NCBI GenBank assembly: GCA_919902675.1
Contig: CAKKRH010000007.1
Coordinates: 12,942 to 76,941 of the forward strand
Source: Omnitrophica bacterium GWA2_41_15
GTDB lineage: Bacteria > Omnitrophota > Gorgyraeia > Gygaellales > UBA12090
Length of the DNA stretch: 64,000 bases
Direction of reading: 5' to 3'
Shown here: piece after piece, positions 18,099 through 25,549 of the stretch
Layout of the letters: every line of letters starts with the position of its first letter
How positions within the stretch are numbered: position 1 is the first letter of the stretch
Translations under genes and position numbers: made by a program
The notes under the pieces: model-generated
The model's input: only the letters and a program-made list of their open reading frames with translations
Database searches by the model: none
Told to the model about the DNA's origin: nothing

Positions 18099-18827
18099 TT
18101 ACCTTCCCTCGGCTAAACGCCAGGCTAAAGATTCAGGCAGACCGGATTTAAGAATTTTTTCCTGGGTCCGCCTAAAGTCATATTCCACCCTTTTCAACTC
18201 AATAGTTTTGCTATCGGTATCGTAAATCACTACGCAGGCCCGGCAATCCCTGTCCCGGGGCTGTCCGATACTGCCCACATTGACGATATATCTTTTATTA
18301 TCCTCCAGCTCCAGGACTTTTAAGGGCTTAAAAAACAGTTCCTCGTCTCTTTCCACAAAAACCCCGGGCCGATGGGTATGCCCCACAAAACAAACCTGTT
18401 TTTTTAACACCGCCAAACTCGTATCCGCGTCTTCCGCATTATCGAGATAATAGAAATCCGCGGGGCTGTCTAAGCTGCCGTGGACTAGAATAAAGTTTTC
18501 TTCTTCATATACCAAAGGCAAAGCATCTAAAAAATTCCGTTCATCATCCCTTAAGGCCTTTTTAGTCCAAACCAGGGCCTCTTGAGCCAGAGCGGTAAAA
18601 TCCTCTAATTTAGATTTAGCGCAGACTCCCCATTCATGATTGCCGGCAATGACCTTCGCCTTCAGCTCTCTGACTATTTGGATACATTGGGAAGGGTCAG
18701 GGCCGTAACTTACAATATCGCCCAGACAAAGGTAGCGCTCAATTCCCTCTTTTTTATAAACCTCAAGCGCGGCATCAAAGGCCTCTAAATTAGAATGAAT
18801 ATCGGAAAAAATCCCATAACGCATCAA
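18099..18827 (-). CDS. metallophosphoesterase family protein
   Basis: 242-aa ORF with the calcineurin-like motifs SDIHSN, GDIVSYGP, GNHE and GHTH. Confidence 0.8.
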   Translation of the reverse strand: MMRYGIFSDIHSNLEAFDAALEVYKKEGIERYLCLGDIVSYGPDPSQCIQIVRELKAKVIAGNHEWGVCAKSKLEDFTALAQEALVWTKKALRDDERNFLDALPLVYEEENFILVHGSLDSPADFYYLDNAEDADTSLAVLKKQVCFVGHTHRPGVFVERDEELFFKPLKVLELEDNKRYIVNVGSIGQPRDRDCRACVVIYDTDSKTIELKRVEYDFRRTQEKILKSGLPESLAWRLAEGR

Positions 18828-19114
18828 AAGATAATGTTGAATTCGCGGAATTCCTCGGTAGGCTCCTGCCAGCTTATCCGGACATCCTCCATATCATCCT
18901 TAAAATGCGCGTTTAGTTGGCCTAAAAGCTTATTTAAATTATCCTCGCTTCCTTCAGCCACTAATTGCACTGCTCCATTAGGCAGATTCTTAACCCAGCC
19001 TTTAATATCCAGATGTTCGGCCAGTTTCTGAGCGGTAAAACGAAAACCCACCCCCTGGACCCTGCCGGAATATGACGCTTCAACGCGCTTAAAACTGCTC
19101 TTAGAATCTACCAT
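18824..19114 (-). CDS. acyP: acylphosphatase
   Basis: 96-aa ORF with the signature GRVQGVGFRFTAQ and GWVKNLPNGAV. Confidence 0.85.
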   Translation of the reverse strand: MVDSKSSFKRVEASYSGRVQGVGFRFTAQKLAEHLDIKGWVKNLPNGAVQLVAEGSEDNLNKLLGQLNAHFKDDMEDVRISWQEPTEEFREFNIIF

Positions 19115-19437
19115 TTTTTAAAAACGAAAAACACCGCCCCGACCATCATCAAGAAGCCGGCAATGTAATTCCATTTCAGACCTTCCTTAAGATAAACCAC
19201 TGAGAATACGGAGAAAACAATGAGGGCGATGACTTCCTGGATGGTTTTAAGCTGGGGTGCGGAAAACTGAGAATGGCCGATGCGGTTAGCCGGCACCTGG
19301 AAGCAATATTCCACGGAGGCAATCAACCAACTGATTAAAATCGCCATCCATAGCGGTGAATTCTTATATTTCAAGTGGCCATACCAGGCGATAGTCATAA
19401 AGATGTTGGAGATAATAAGCAGGAGTATGGTCTTCAT
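19108..19437 (-). CDS. DMT-superfamily small membrane protein (DUF486-like)
   Basis: 109-aa ORF with three to four TM helices. The N-terminus ISNIFMTIAWYGHLKY is typical of that family. Confidence 0.65.
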   Translation of the reverse strand: MKTILLLIISNIFMTIAWYGHLKYKNSPLWMAILISWLIASVEYCFQVPANRIGHSQFSAPQLKTIQEVIALIVFSVFSVVYLKEGLKWNYIAGFLMMVGAVFFVFKKW

Positions 19438-19549
19438 TTAAAAGAAGCAACTCTTAATCCCACTGGTGGCGGGTTTTGTTTAAATCCTTTTCGCCTTACC
19501 TTTGTTGCTTTTCCTCTGTGAACTGTCAACCGTGAACTGTGAACTAATA

Positions 19550-19627
19550 TGGTCGGGGCGACAGGATTTGAACCTGTGGCCTCGTCGTCCCGAACGACGC
19601 GCTCTAGCCAAGCTGAGCCACGCCCCG
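19550..19627 (-). tRNA. tRNA-Pro (anticodon CGG), CCA encoded
   Basis: Hand-folded 78-nt cloverleaf: CGGGGCG acceptor, GCTC/GAGC D-stem, CGTCG-TTCGGGA-CGACG anticodon arm, ACAGG-TTCAAAT-CCTGT T-arm, then ACCA. Confidence 0.9.
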
Positions 19628-19635
19628 AAATTAAT

Positions 19636-20016
19636 TTAATATATATTTACGAAATATCTGGAGGCAAGGAAACCAAAGATAACCAATGCTATGCCCAAGA
19701 TGTTGCTTAAAAGGATATTGGCCATGGCCGACATTAGTTTACCTTCGCGCAAAAGATTAAAAGTCTCCAAGCCATAGGCGGAAAAAGTGGTAAAACCTCC
19801 CAAAATACCGGTAAAAAGAAACATCCTCCAGATAGGGTGAAAAGCCGCCTTTTCAGATATCCCCCATAGTAGGCCGATTAAAAAAGAACCTATCAGATTA
19901 ACCAGTAATGTCCCTATGGGGAAACCAGGGCCGACCTTAGAGAAGACTCCGGATGCGCCATACCTCAACAAAGAACCTATTCCCCCACCGGCCAACACAA
20001 GCAATATTTTTGCCAT
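19636..20016 (-). CDS. crcB: fluoride ion channel CrcB/FluC
   Basis: Small four-TM protein with GGGIGSLLRY and GFTTFSA motifs. The track starts at 20082, but homolog length (about 125 aa) and promoter geometry favour MAKILLV... at 20016 (or MAMAK at 20022). Confidence 0.85.
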   Translation of the reverse strand: MAKILLVLAGGGIGSLLRYGASGVFSKVGPGFPIGTLLVNLIGSFLIGLLWGISEKAAFHPIWRMFLFTGILGGFTTFSAYGLETFNLLREGKLMSAMANILLSNILGIALVIFGFLASRYFVNIY

Positions 20017-20022
20017 CGCCAT

Positions 20023-20051
20023 ACTATACCAAAAAAAATGGCCTTTAGCAA
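20023..20051 (-). promoter_or_regulatory. extended -10 promoter candidate placing the crcB start at or near the transcript 5' end
   Basis: Minus strand reads TTGCTA (20046-20051), a 17-nt spacer ending in TGG, then TATAGT (20023-20028). ATG codons follow at +1 and +7 nt. There is no SD. Confidence 0.45.
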
Positions 20052-20112
20052 TAATTGATGTAATAGCTGCGTAAACAGTCAATAATCGGGGGAAAGATTA
20101 TTACGAAACTTG

Positions 20113-20157
20113 GGATAGGCCCGCCCCGAAGGCGGGACAAGTTTGTCCCGCCTATCC
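20113..20157 (-). other. GC-rich structure with mutually exclusive hairpins between ribE and crcB
   Basis: The outer stem is GGATAGGC / GCCTATCC. GGCGGG (20131-20136) can pair with either CCCGCC at 20120-20125 or CCCGCC at 20147-20152 (extended stem GGCGGGACA / TGTCCCGCC). Confidence 0.5.
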
Positions 20158-20199
20158 AAAGTGTAAATTTCCGCATGTCCCCATTGACGCGTTAGGCGG

Positions 20200-20775
20200 C
20201 TATTGGTTATTATATTTAGCCAGGATGTCGGTTTCTATATTCACTTCTGAAGACGGGCCTTTGAAACTCAAGGTGGTATTTTTGAGGGTATGAGGAATAA
20301 TACAGACGCTAAAGGTATTGGAACGCTTATCGGATACCGTCAGGCTGATGCCGTCAACTGTTATTGAGCCTTTAAGCGCGATAAATTTCAGGAACTCCCG
20401 GGGAATGGTTATCTTAAAAGAGAGATTTCCTGAAACATAGGTTTTCTCGCGAATAGCCCCCGGACAATCAATATGTCCGGTTACAAAATGGCCCGAAAGC
20501 CTGTCACCTATTTTAAGCGAGCGCTCCAGATTCACCTTTTCATTAGATTTAAGCTTTCCTAAATTAGTCAGCCGGGCAGTTTCTTCAAGAAGATCAAAAC
20601 TCAAAACCTTATCTTCTATTTTAACCACAGTCAGGCACACCCCGTTTACAGCAATGCTATCCCCTATTTTTGTATCGGAAATTGCCTTATCCGCCTGAAT
20701 AGATAACGAAATAAGGCGGCCTTTACGGCTCACATCCTTAACAATCCCTAACTCCTCAATGATTCCAGTAAACAT
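20200..20775 (-). CDS. ribE: riboflavin synthase (alpha chain)
   Basis: 191-aa ORF. The MFTGIIEELG N-terminus and the internal duplication (GDSIAVNGVCLTV / GSITVDGISLTV) are diagnostic. Confidence 0.9.
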   Translation of the reverse strand: MFTGIIEELGIVKDVSRKGRLISLSIQADKAISDTKIGDSIAVNGVCLTVVKIEDKVLSFDLLEETARLTNLGKLKSNEKVNLERSLKIGDRLSGHFVTGHIDCPGAIREKTYVSGNLSFKITIPREFLKFIALKGSITVDGISLTVSDKRSNTFSVCIIPHTLKNTTLSFKGPSSEVNIETDILAKYNNQ

Positions 20776-20816
20776 CTCAACTCCTGTTTAGGGCAGGCAC
20801 GGAGGCCTGCCCCTAC

Positions 20817-20837
20817 CTCAATAATCCCGGTAAACAT
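20817..20837 (-). repeat. ghost copy of the first 7 ribE codons, directly after the ribD stop
   Basis: ATGTTTACCGGGATTATTGAG compared with the real start ATGTTTACTGGAATCATTGAG (20755-20775). Identity is 18/21, and all three differences are synonymous third positions. Confidence 0.8.
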
Positions 20838-20843
20838 ATGAAT

Positions 20844-21935
20844 TCAGTATTCCTTAACCGTCCCCTCAACCAGAAAATCTTCCCCTATCATCTTAACCTT
20901 GACATCTTTCAACCTTACCGCCTTGTCTAAGCGGGAGATGCCCCGGCCCATTACTGAACTGATTGAGTCTTTACCGCCGATAATTTCAGGGACGATAAAA
21001 AACATCACTTTATCTACTAATCCATAATCAAACAGCGAACCGATCAACGAGCCTCCGCCCTCTACCAAAATATTGCACAGCCCAAGCCTGCCGAGCTTCT
21101 TCAATAAATCATAGAGATTCAACTGGCCGTTGTTTTCCTTCACCTCCAGAATCCGGGCCTTCTGAAGCAGAAGGTTCCGGCTCTCGGTCTCCTGGCCGCT
21201 TTTTTCCTTCAAAGAGGCAATAATCACCTCGCCCGGCTTCTTGAATATGTTGGCCTCTGCCGGCGTACTTAAAGAGCTGTCGGTTACAATCTTGGTTAAG
21301 GGCCTGTCAGGAGAGCCTGACAAAAAGGGGTTATCCCGGATCACGGTATTAACTCCCACCATTATTCCGTCATAATCACGGCGCAGGCTATGGGAATATT
21401 CTCTTGCAAGGGATGAGGTAATCCATTTGGATTCACCGCTCTTTAAGGCGATCTTTCCGTCTAAAGACTGCCCGACCTTAACTGTAATAAAAGGGGTTTT
21501 TTGGGTGATGTATTTGATAAAAGGCTGATTTTCCTTCTTTATTTCCTCCCCTAATAAACCGGTCTCAATCTTGATCCCGTGTTCTTTCAACAATTTTATC
21601 CCCTTGCCGTTATTCAGGGGATTAGGGTCAACCATACCCACCAACACCCTTTTTATCCCGGATTCAATTATTTTATCCACGCAAGGGGGTGTCCGGCCGT
21701 AATGAGCGCAAGGCTCTAAAGTAACATAAAGGCTCGCTCCCCGGGCGCGTTTGGCGGCGGCAGAAATAGCCTCAACCTCAGCGTGGGCTAAACCGGCCTT
21801 CTTATGATAGCCTTGACCGATAATTTTACCGTTCTTAACCACCACCGCCCCCACCAAAGGATTGGGCCAGGTCATCCCTTTAGCCCTTAAAGCCAGAGAA
21901 AAAGCCTTTCGCATAAAATATTCATTACTGTTCAT
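20844..21935 (-). CDS. ribD: bifunctional riboflavin deaminase/reductase
   Basis: 363-aa ORF. The CMP/dCMP deaminase zinc motifs are HAEVEA and PCAHYGRTPPC. A C-terminal RibD reductase domain follows. Confidence 0.9.
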   Translation of the reverse strand: MNSNEYFMRKAFSLALRAKGMTWPNPLVGAVVVKNGKIIGQGYHKKAGLAHAEVEAISAAAKRARGASLYVTLEPCAHYGRTPPCVDKIIESGIKRVLVGMVDPNPLNNGKGIKLLKEHGIKIETGLLGEEIKKENQPFIKYITQKTPFITVKVGQSLDGKIALKSGESKWITSSLAREYSHSLRRDYDGIMVGVNTVIRDNPFLSGSPDRPLTKIVTDSSLSTPAEANIFKKPGEVIIASLKEKSGQETESRNLLLQKARILEVKENNGQLNLYDLLKKLGRLGLCNILVEGGGSLIGSLFDYGLVDKVMFFIVPEIIGGKDSISSVMGRGISRLDKAVRLKDVKVKMIGEDFLVEGTVKEY

Positions 21936-21945
21936 ATCCTATCCT

Positions 21946-22779
21946 TTAGGCGCGTTTGGCGGCGGCTTCTTTAAGGCTCTCCACATACTCATAAGGAAGT
22001 TTAATCATTCCCATTTTTACTTCGGGCTTGGCCTGACCGTGGCAATCTGAACCACCGGTAACCAAAAGGCCGTATTTCTGAGCCAATTCTTTATAACGTT
22101 TAACCTGAGAATTGGTATGCTCCGGATATATCGCCTCTAAACCCATAAGCCCATCCTGAACAAACCCGGGAATCAACTCCTGATTAGCCAAACTATAAGG
22201 ATGAGCCAAAACCGGCACGCCACCGGCTTTACGAATCAGCGCGATGGCCTCTCCCGGCTTAAGCCGGAAGCGAGAAACATACGCTGACCTGCCATCACCA
22301 ATGAACCGGTTAAAGGCCTCTTGGGCGCTTGAGACAAATCCTTTCTTAACCATCATCCTGGCCAAATGCAGCCTGCCTACCGCGGCATTGCCGGTAAATT
22401 CCAGGACCTCATCCGCGCTTATAAGCATACCCAGGGCGCTTAACTTAGCGCACATCTCCTCCAGGCGGCTAACGCGTTCCCGGCGGATTTCTCTAAGTTT
22501 TTCCTGGAACCAAAGTTCTTGATAATCAACCAGATAGCCCAAAATATGGACTTCAATATTATTAAGGTCAGCGGTTAATTCTATCCCCGGGATAAGTTCA
22601 ACATCTTCCTCTTGAAAAGGAAAGCTCAGGTAGGCGTCAATTGAATCGTGGTCAGTGATGCTTATACAGCTAAGGCCTTCTTTCTTGGCTAAGGCAATAA
22701 CCTCTTGAGGGCTGAAGGTGCCGTCGGAGAAATAGGTATGCGTGTGCAGGTCCGCGTATTTCATTAATCCTTGCCGCAT
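21946..22779 (-). CDS. PHP-domain phosphoesterase (TrpH/YciV-like)
   Basis: 277-aa ORF. ADLHTHTYFSDG, ISITDHD and a C-terminal GGSDCHG are PHP metal-binding motifs. Confidence 0.8.
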   Translation of the reverse strand: MRQGLMKYADLHTHTYFSDGTFSPQEVIALAKKEGLSCISITDHDSIDAYLSFPFQEEDVELIPGIELTADLNNIEVHILGYLVDYQELWFQEKLREIRRERVSRLEEMCAKLSALGMLISADEVLEFTGNAAVGRLHLARMMVKKGFVSSAQEAFNRFIGDGRSAYVSRFRLKPGEAIALIRKAGGVPVLAHPYSLANQELIPGFVQDGLMGLEAIYPEHTNSQVKRYKELAQKYGLLVTGGSDCHGQAKPEVKMGMIKLPYEYVESLKEAAAKRA

Positions 22780-23177
22780 TCGTCTTTAATACGGTCAAGG
22801 ATGCCATTAACAAACTTTCCGGAATCCTCGCCGGAATATTTCTTAGCCAGGTCCACCGCCTCATTAATAGAAACCTTGGCCGGAACATCTTTGAGATACA
22901 AGAGCTCAAAACTACCTAAGCGCAGGACATTTCTATCCACCACCGCCATCCGGTTTAAATTCCAGTTGGCGGCGTATCCGGAGACCTTCTTATCAATATC
23001 TTTTAAATACCGGACAGTCCCCTGGACCAACTCCTCGGCAAAACCTTTAACTTCTTCATCCACAGGCTCTTCCTGCCGGCTCCAAAAAGAAGTTAAACTA
23101 TCCGGAAAGTCCTTAATAATATCATATTCATAAAGCAACTGCAGGGCATATTCCCTGGCCTGGGTGCGCTTACGCAT
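22764..23177 (-). CDS. nusB: transcription antitermination factor NusB
   Basis: 137-aa ORF. RTQAREYALQLLY and the helical NusB fold pattern are present. The ribH-nusB neighbourhood is classical. Confidence 0.85.
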   Translation of the reverse strand: MRKRTQAREYALQLLYEYDIIKDFPDSLTSFWSRQEEPVDEEVKGFAEELVQGTVRYLKDIDKKVSGYAANWNLNRMAVVDRNVLRLGSFELLYLKDVPAKVSINEAVDLAKKYSGEDSGKFVNGILDRIKDECGKD

Positions 23178-23211
23178 CTTAGCTATTGTTCCTCATAAAA
23201 TCAACCAATTT

Positions 23212-23324
23212 AAAAACCCCAAATACTAAACCATAAATCCTAAACAAGTCCAAAAGCTAAAATCCTAAACCCAAAACACATGTTTTGAGTTTGTTTAGAA
23301 TTTAGGGTTTCGAGTTTAGGGTTT
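23212..23324. repeat. second copy of the TAAATCC-word long hairpin element (ribH-nusB spacer)
   Basis: The core at 23234-23271 matches 7591-7628 at 36/38. The left arm AAACCCCAAATACTAAACC pairs imperfectly with the right arm GGTTTCGAGTTTAGGGTTT. Confidence 0.7.
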
Positions 23325-23341
23325 AAATGATATCCTTGTTA

Positions 23342-23806
23342 TCAAATTTGACTTATTAAATTAGCCATCTCGATGGCTGAGATAGCGGCGTCTTTTCCTT
23401 TATTTCCGTCTTTGGTCCCGGCTCTTTCTATTGCCTGTTCAATAGTGTCGGCGGTAATCACCCCAAAAATCACCGGTATTCCCGTATCCAAAGAAACCTG
23501 GGCTACCCCCTTAGAAACCTCAGAGGCCACATAATCAAAATGCGGGGTTGAGCCGCGGATTACCGCGCCCAGACAGATAACCGCGTCAAATCCTTTAGTC
23601 CTGGCTAATTTCTGGGCAATCAGCGGAATCTCAAAGGCTCCCGGAACATATACCAGCTCAATCTTTTCTTTATCCACTCCGTGGCGGATAAGAGTATCCA
23701 GACAGCCGTCAATAAGCTGTTTGGTGATAAAGTCATTAAAGCGGCTGGCCGCGATAACAAACTTCTTTCCCTTAGCAATCAAATTTCCTTCAATAGTCTT
23801 AACCAT
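23342..23806 (-). CDS. ribH: 6,7-dimethyl-8-ribityllumazine synthase
   Basis: 154-aa ORF with family-typical [14 protein letters not shown] and THFDYV. Confidence 0.9.
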   Translation of the reverse strand: MVKTIEGNLIAKGKKFVIAASRFNDFITKQLIDGCLDTLIRHGVDKEKIELVYVPGAFEIPLIAQKLARTKGFDAVICLGAVIRGSTPHFDYVASEVSKGVAQVSLDTGIPVIFGVITADTIEQAIERAGTKDGNKGKDAAISAIEMANLISQI

Positions 23807-23886
23807 ATTTTCTCCTTTTTAACGCTGGCTACGCGTAAGATATTCCGCGTAGTTCCGCGTATAATTCAGCGTGATTCCGCGCGCCA

Positions 23887-25107
23887 TTACGACAACAAAT
23901 GCCCTAACTTCTCCTTCTTGGTCTTTAAATACCTCTTATTCGTTTCGGTAGGCTCTGCCTCTATGCTCAAACGTTCAACTATCTCCATGCCGTATCCTTC
24001 CAGGCCGATAATCTTACGGGGATTATTAGTCAAGAGGCGAATTTTCTTTACCCCCAGATCCGCTAATATTTGAGCTCCGATACCATAGTCGCGCAGGTCC
24101 GCCGGAAACCCCAGGGCCTCATTAGCCTCAACCGTATCCATCCCTTTATCTTGAAGAGCATAGGCATGGATTTTATTCACCAGGCCTATGCCCCGACCCT
24201 CCTGGTTCATATAAATAATCACCCCCGAACCCTGAGAGCTAACCATCCGCATCGCCTTCTCCAACTGCTTTCCGCAGTCGCACCTTAAAGAAGAAAAAAC
24301 ATCCCCGGTCAGGCAGGCTGAATGCGCCCTGACTAATACCGGATTGTCCTTTTTAATCTCACCCTTGATTAAAGCCAGATGATGCGAACCGTCAATCAAA
24401 GACTCATAAAGCGCCAATTTAAAATCGCCAAAAGAGGTCGGAAGCTTGGTTTCTTCTATTTTCTTAACTAAGATTTCGTTTCTACGGCGATATTCAATAA
24501 GCGAGGCAATAGTGCAAATCTTTAAATGGTGAAGACGGGCAAACTTAATTAACTCGGCCGTCCTGGCCATAGTCCCGTCGTCATTCATAATCTCACAGAT
24601 AACCCCGGCCGGATATAGACCTGCCAAACGAGCCAGGTCCACCGCCGTCTCAGTATGTCCGGCTCTAACCAAAACCCCGCCGTCTTTAGCCGCCAGAGGA
24701 AAGATGTGCCCCGGACGAACTAAATCCTGCGGCTGGGTATTTTTATCTAATAAAACCTTAATGGTCTGGGCCCGGTCTAAGGCCGAAATCCCGGTAGTTG
24801 TCCCATGGCGGGCATCCACCGATATCCTCCAGGCGGTCTTAAAAGGGTCGGCATCCGCGGATAAATCCGAAGGAGCAAAATTAAGCATAGGATGCAGGCC
24901 TAAAGCCTCCAGGCGATCCCCGGACATCGGAACACAGATTAGACCGCGGCCAAACTTGGCCATAAAATTTATCTGCTCTTTGGTGGCGGCGCCGGCGGCC
25001 ATCAGCAAGTCCCCTTCGTTCTCACGGTCCTCATCATCAATAACAATGACCATCAAGCCGAGCTTAATATCCTGGATTATTTCTTCTATAGCGTTAAATT
25101 GGCTCAT
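23887..25107 (-). CDS. ribBA: bifunctional DHBP synthase / GTP cyclohydrolase II
   Basis: [11 protein letters not shown] marks the RibB part and CDCG...GRGIGL the RibA part. The track starts at 25149; homolog-like N-terminus [10 protein letters not shown] begins at 25107. The start is uncertain because no SD is seen at either site. Confidence 0.88.
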   Translation of the reverse strand: MSQFNAIEEIIQDIKLGLMVIVIDDEDRENEGDLLMAAGAATKEQINFMAKFGRGLICVPMSGDRLEALGLHPMLNFAPSDLSADADPFKTAWRISVDARHGTTTGISALDRAQTIKVLLDKNTQPQDLVRPGHIFPLAAKDGGVLVRAGHTETAVDLARLAGLYPAGVICEIMNDDGTMARTAELIKFARLHHLKICTIASLIEYRRRNEILVKKIEETKLPTSFGDFKLALYESLIDGSHHLALIKGEIKKDNPVLVRAHSACLTGDVFSSLRCDCGKQLEKAMRMVSSQGSGVIIYMNQEGRGIGLVNKIHAYALQDKGMDTVEANEALGFPADLRDYGIGAQILADLGVKKIRLLTNNPRKIIGLEGYGMEIVERLSIEAEPTETNKRYLKTKKEKLGHLLS

Positions 25108-25204
25108 AAATAAAAATACCCCGTAATTAATCTCCCGGGGCATACACATTTTCGCGCTTTTGAGGCGCAGAATTATTCCGCGATTTTTAGCGCTTTCGCG
25201 GTTT

Positions 25205-25412
25205 CAATCTTCTCTCATCTAGACTTTAACTATCGGTACCGGATTCGCACCGGTTCCTGTCTCGCCGGTTTTGCTTTGCAAAACTGGCGGACTCGCGGAC
25301 TTTACCATGCGCCTTTTTCATATTCATGTTCTTATTCAAAAACTTGAAAAATTAAAAGGTGCGGAGCTCACCGCCGGTCGGGTATTCCACCCTGCCCTGA
25401 AGAATATTTTGA
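25205..25412 (-). promoter_or_regulatory. FMN riboswitch (RFN element)
   Basis: Minus strand reads TTCAGGGCAGGGTGGAATACCCGACCGGCGGTGAGCTCCGCAC ... GGAACCGGTGCGAATCCGGTACCGATAGTTAAAGTCTAGATGAGAGAAG. These are the conserved RFN 5' and 3' halves, upstream of ribBA. Confidence 0.9.
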
Positions 25413-25439
25413 TTATAATCCAAATTCTGCGCTTGTCAA
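25412..25439 (-). promoter_or_regulatory. consensus sigma70 promoter of the rib operon
   Basis: Minus strand reads TTGACA (25434-25439), a 16-nt spacer, then TATAAT (25412-25417), immediately upstream of the FMN aptamer. Confidence 0.7.
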
Positions 25440-25461
25440 GGCTTTTCGCGTAATATATAAT
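25433..25461 (+). promoter_or_regulatory. promoter candidate for thpR, back-to-back with the rib promoter
   Basis: Plus strand reads TTGTCA (25433-25438), a 17-nt spacer, then TATAAT (25456-25461). Its -35 overlaps the -35 of the minus-strand rib promoter within the palindrome CTTGTCAAG. Confidence 0.55.
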
Positions 25462-25463
25462 AG

Positions 25464-25533
25464 AAAAATAGGGACACATCCCATTTTTCATCTATTATCC
25501 CAGTTAGTAAAAATGGGATGTGTCCCTATTTTT
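25464..25533. terminator. 25-bp near-perfect inverted repeat (terminator-like on both strands) between promoter and thpR start
   Basis: AAAAATAGGGACACATCCCATTTTT, a 20-nt loop, then AAAAATGGGATGTGTCCCTATTTTT. T-runs follow the stem on either strand. The thpR ATG is 17 nt downstream. Confidence 0.6.
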
Positions 25534-25549
25534 AATTTAAAGAAAAACA

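Noticed and set aside
20023-20199. Fluoride (crcB-motif) riboswitch upstream of crcB.
   Set aside because: The conserved core elements are not present in order. The only GGCGATGG lies inside the crcB coding start (ATGGCGATGGCA). The structured element at 20113-20157 does not match the motif.
22670-22909. Same-strand alternative-frame ORFs overlapping real genes: 22670-22909, 29088-29288, 32669-32863, 6617-6808, 59168-59438 and 61072-61380.
   Set aside because: They are embedded out of frame inside genes with strong homology-type motifs (PHP/nusB, rodZ, pnp, hom, membrane proteins). They have no start-site signals and their composition is implausible.
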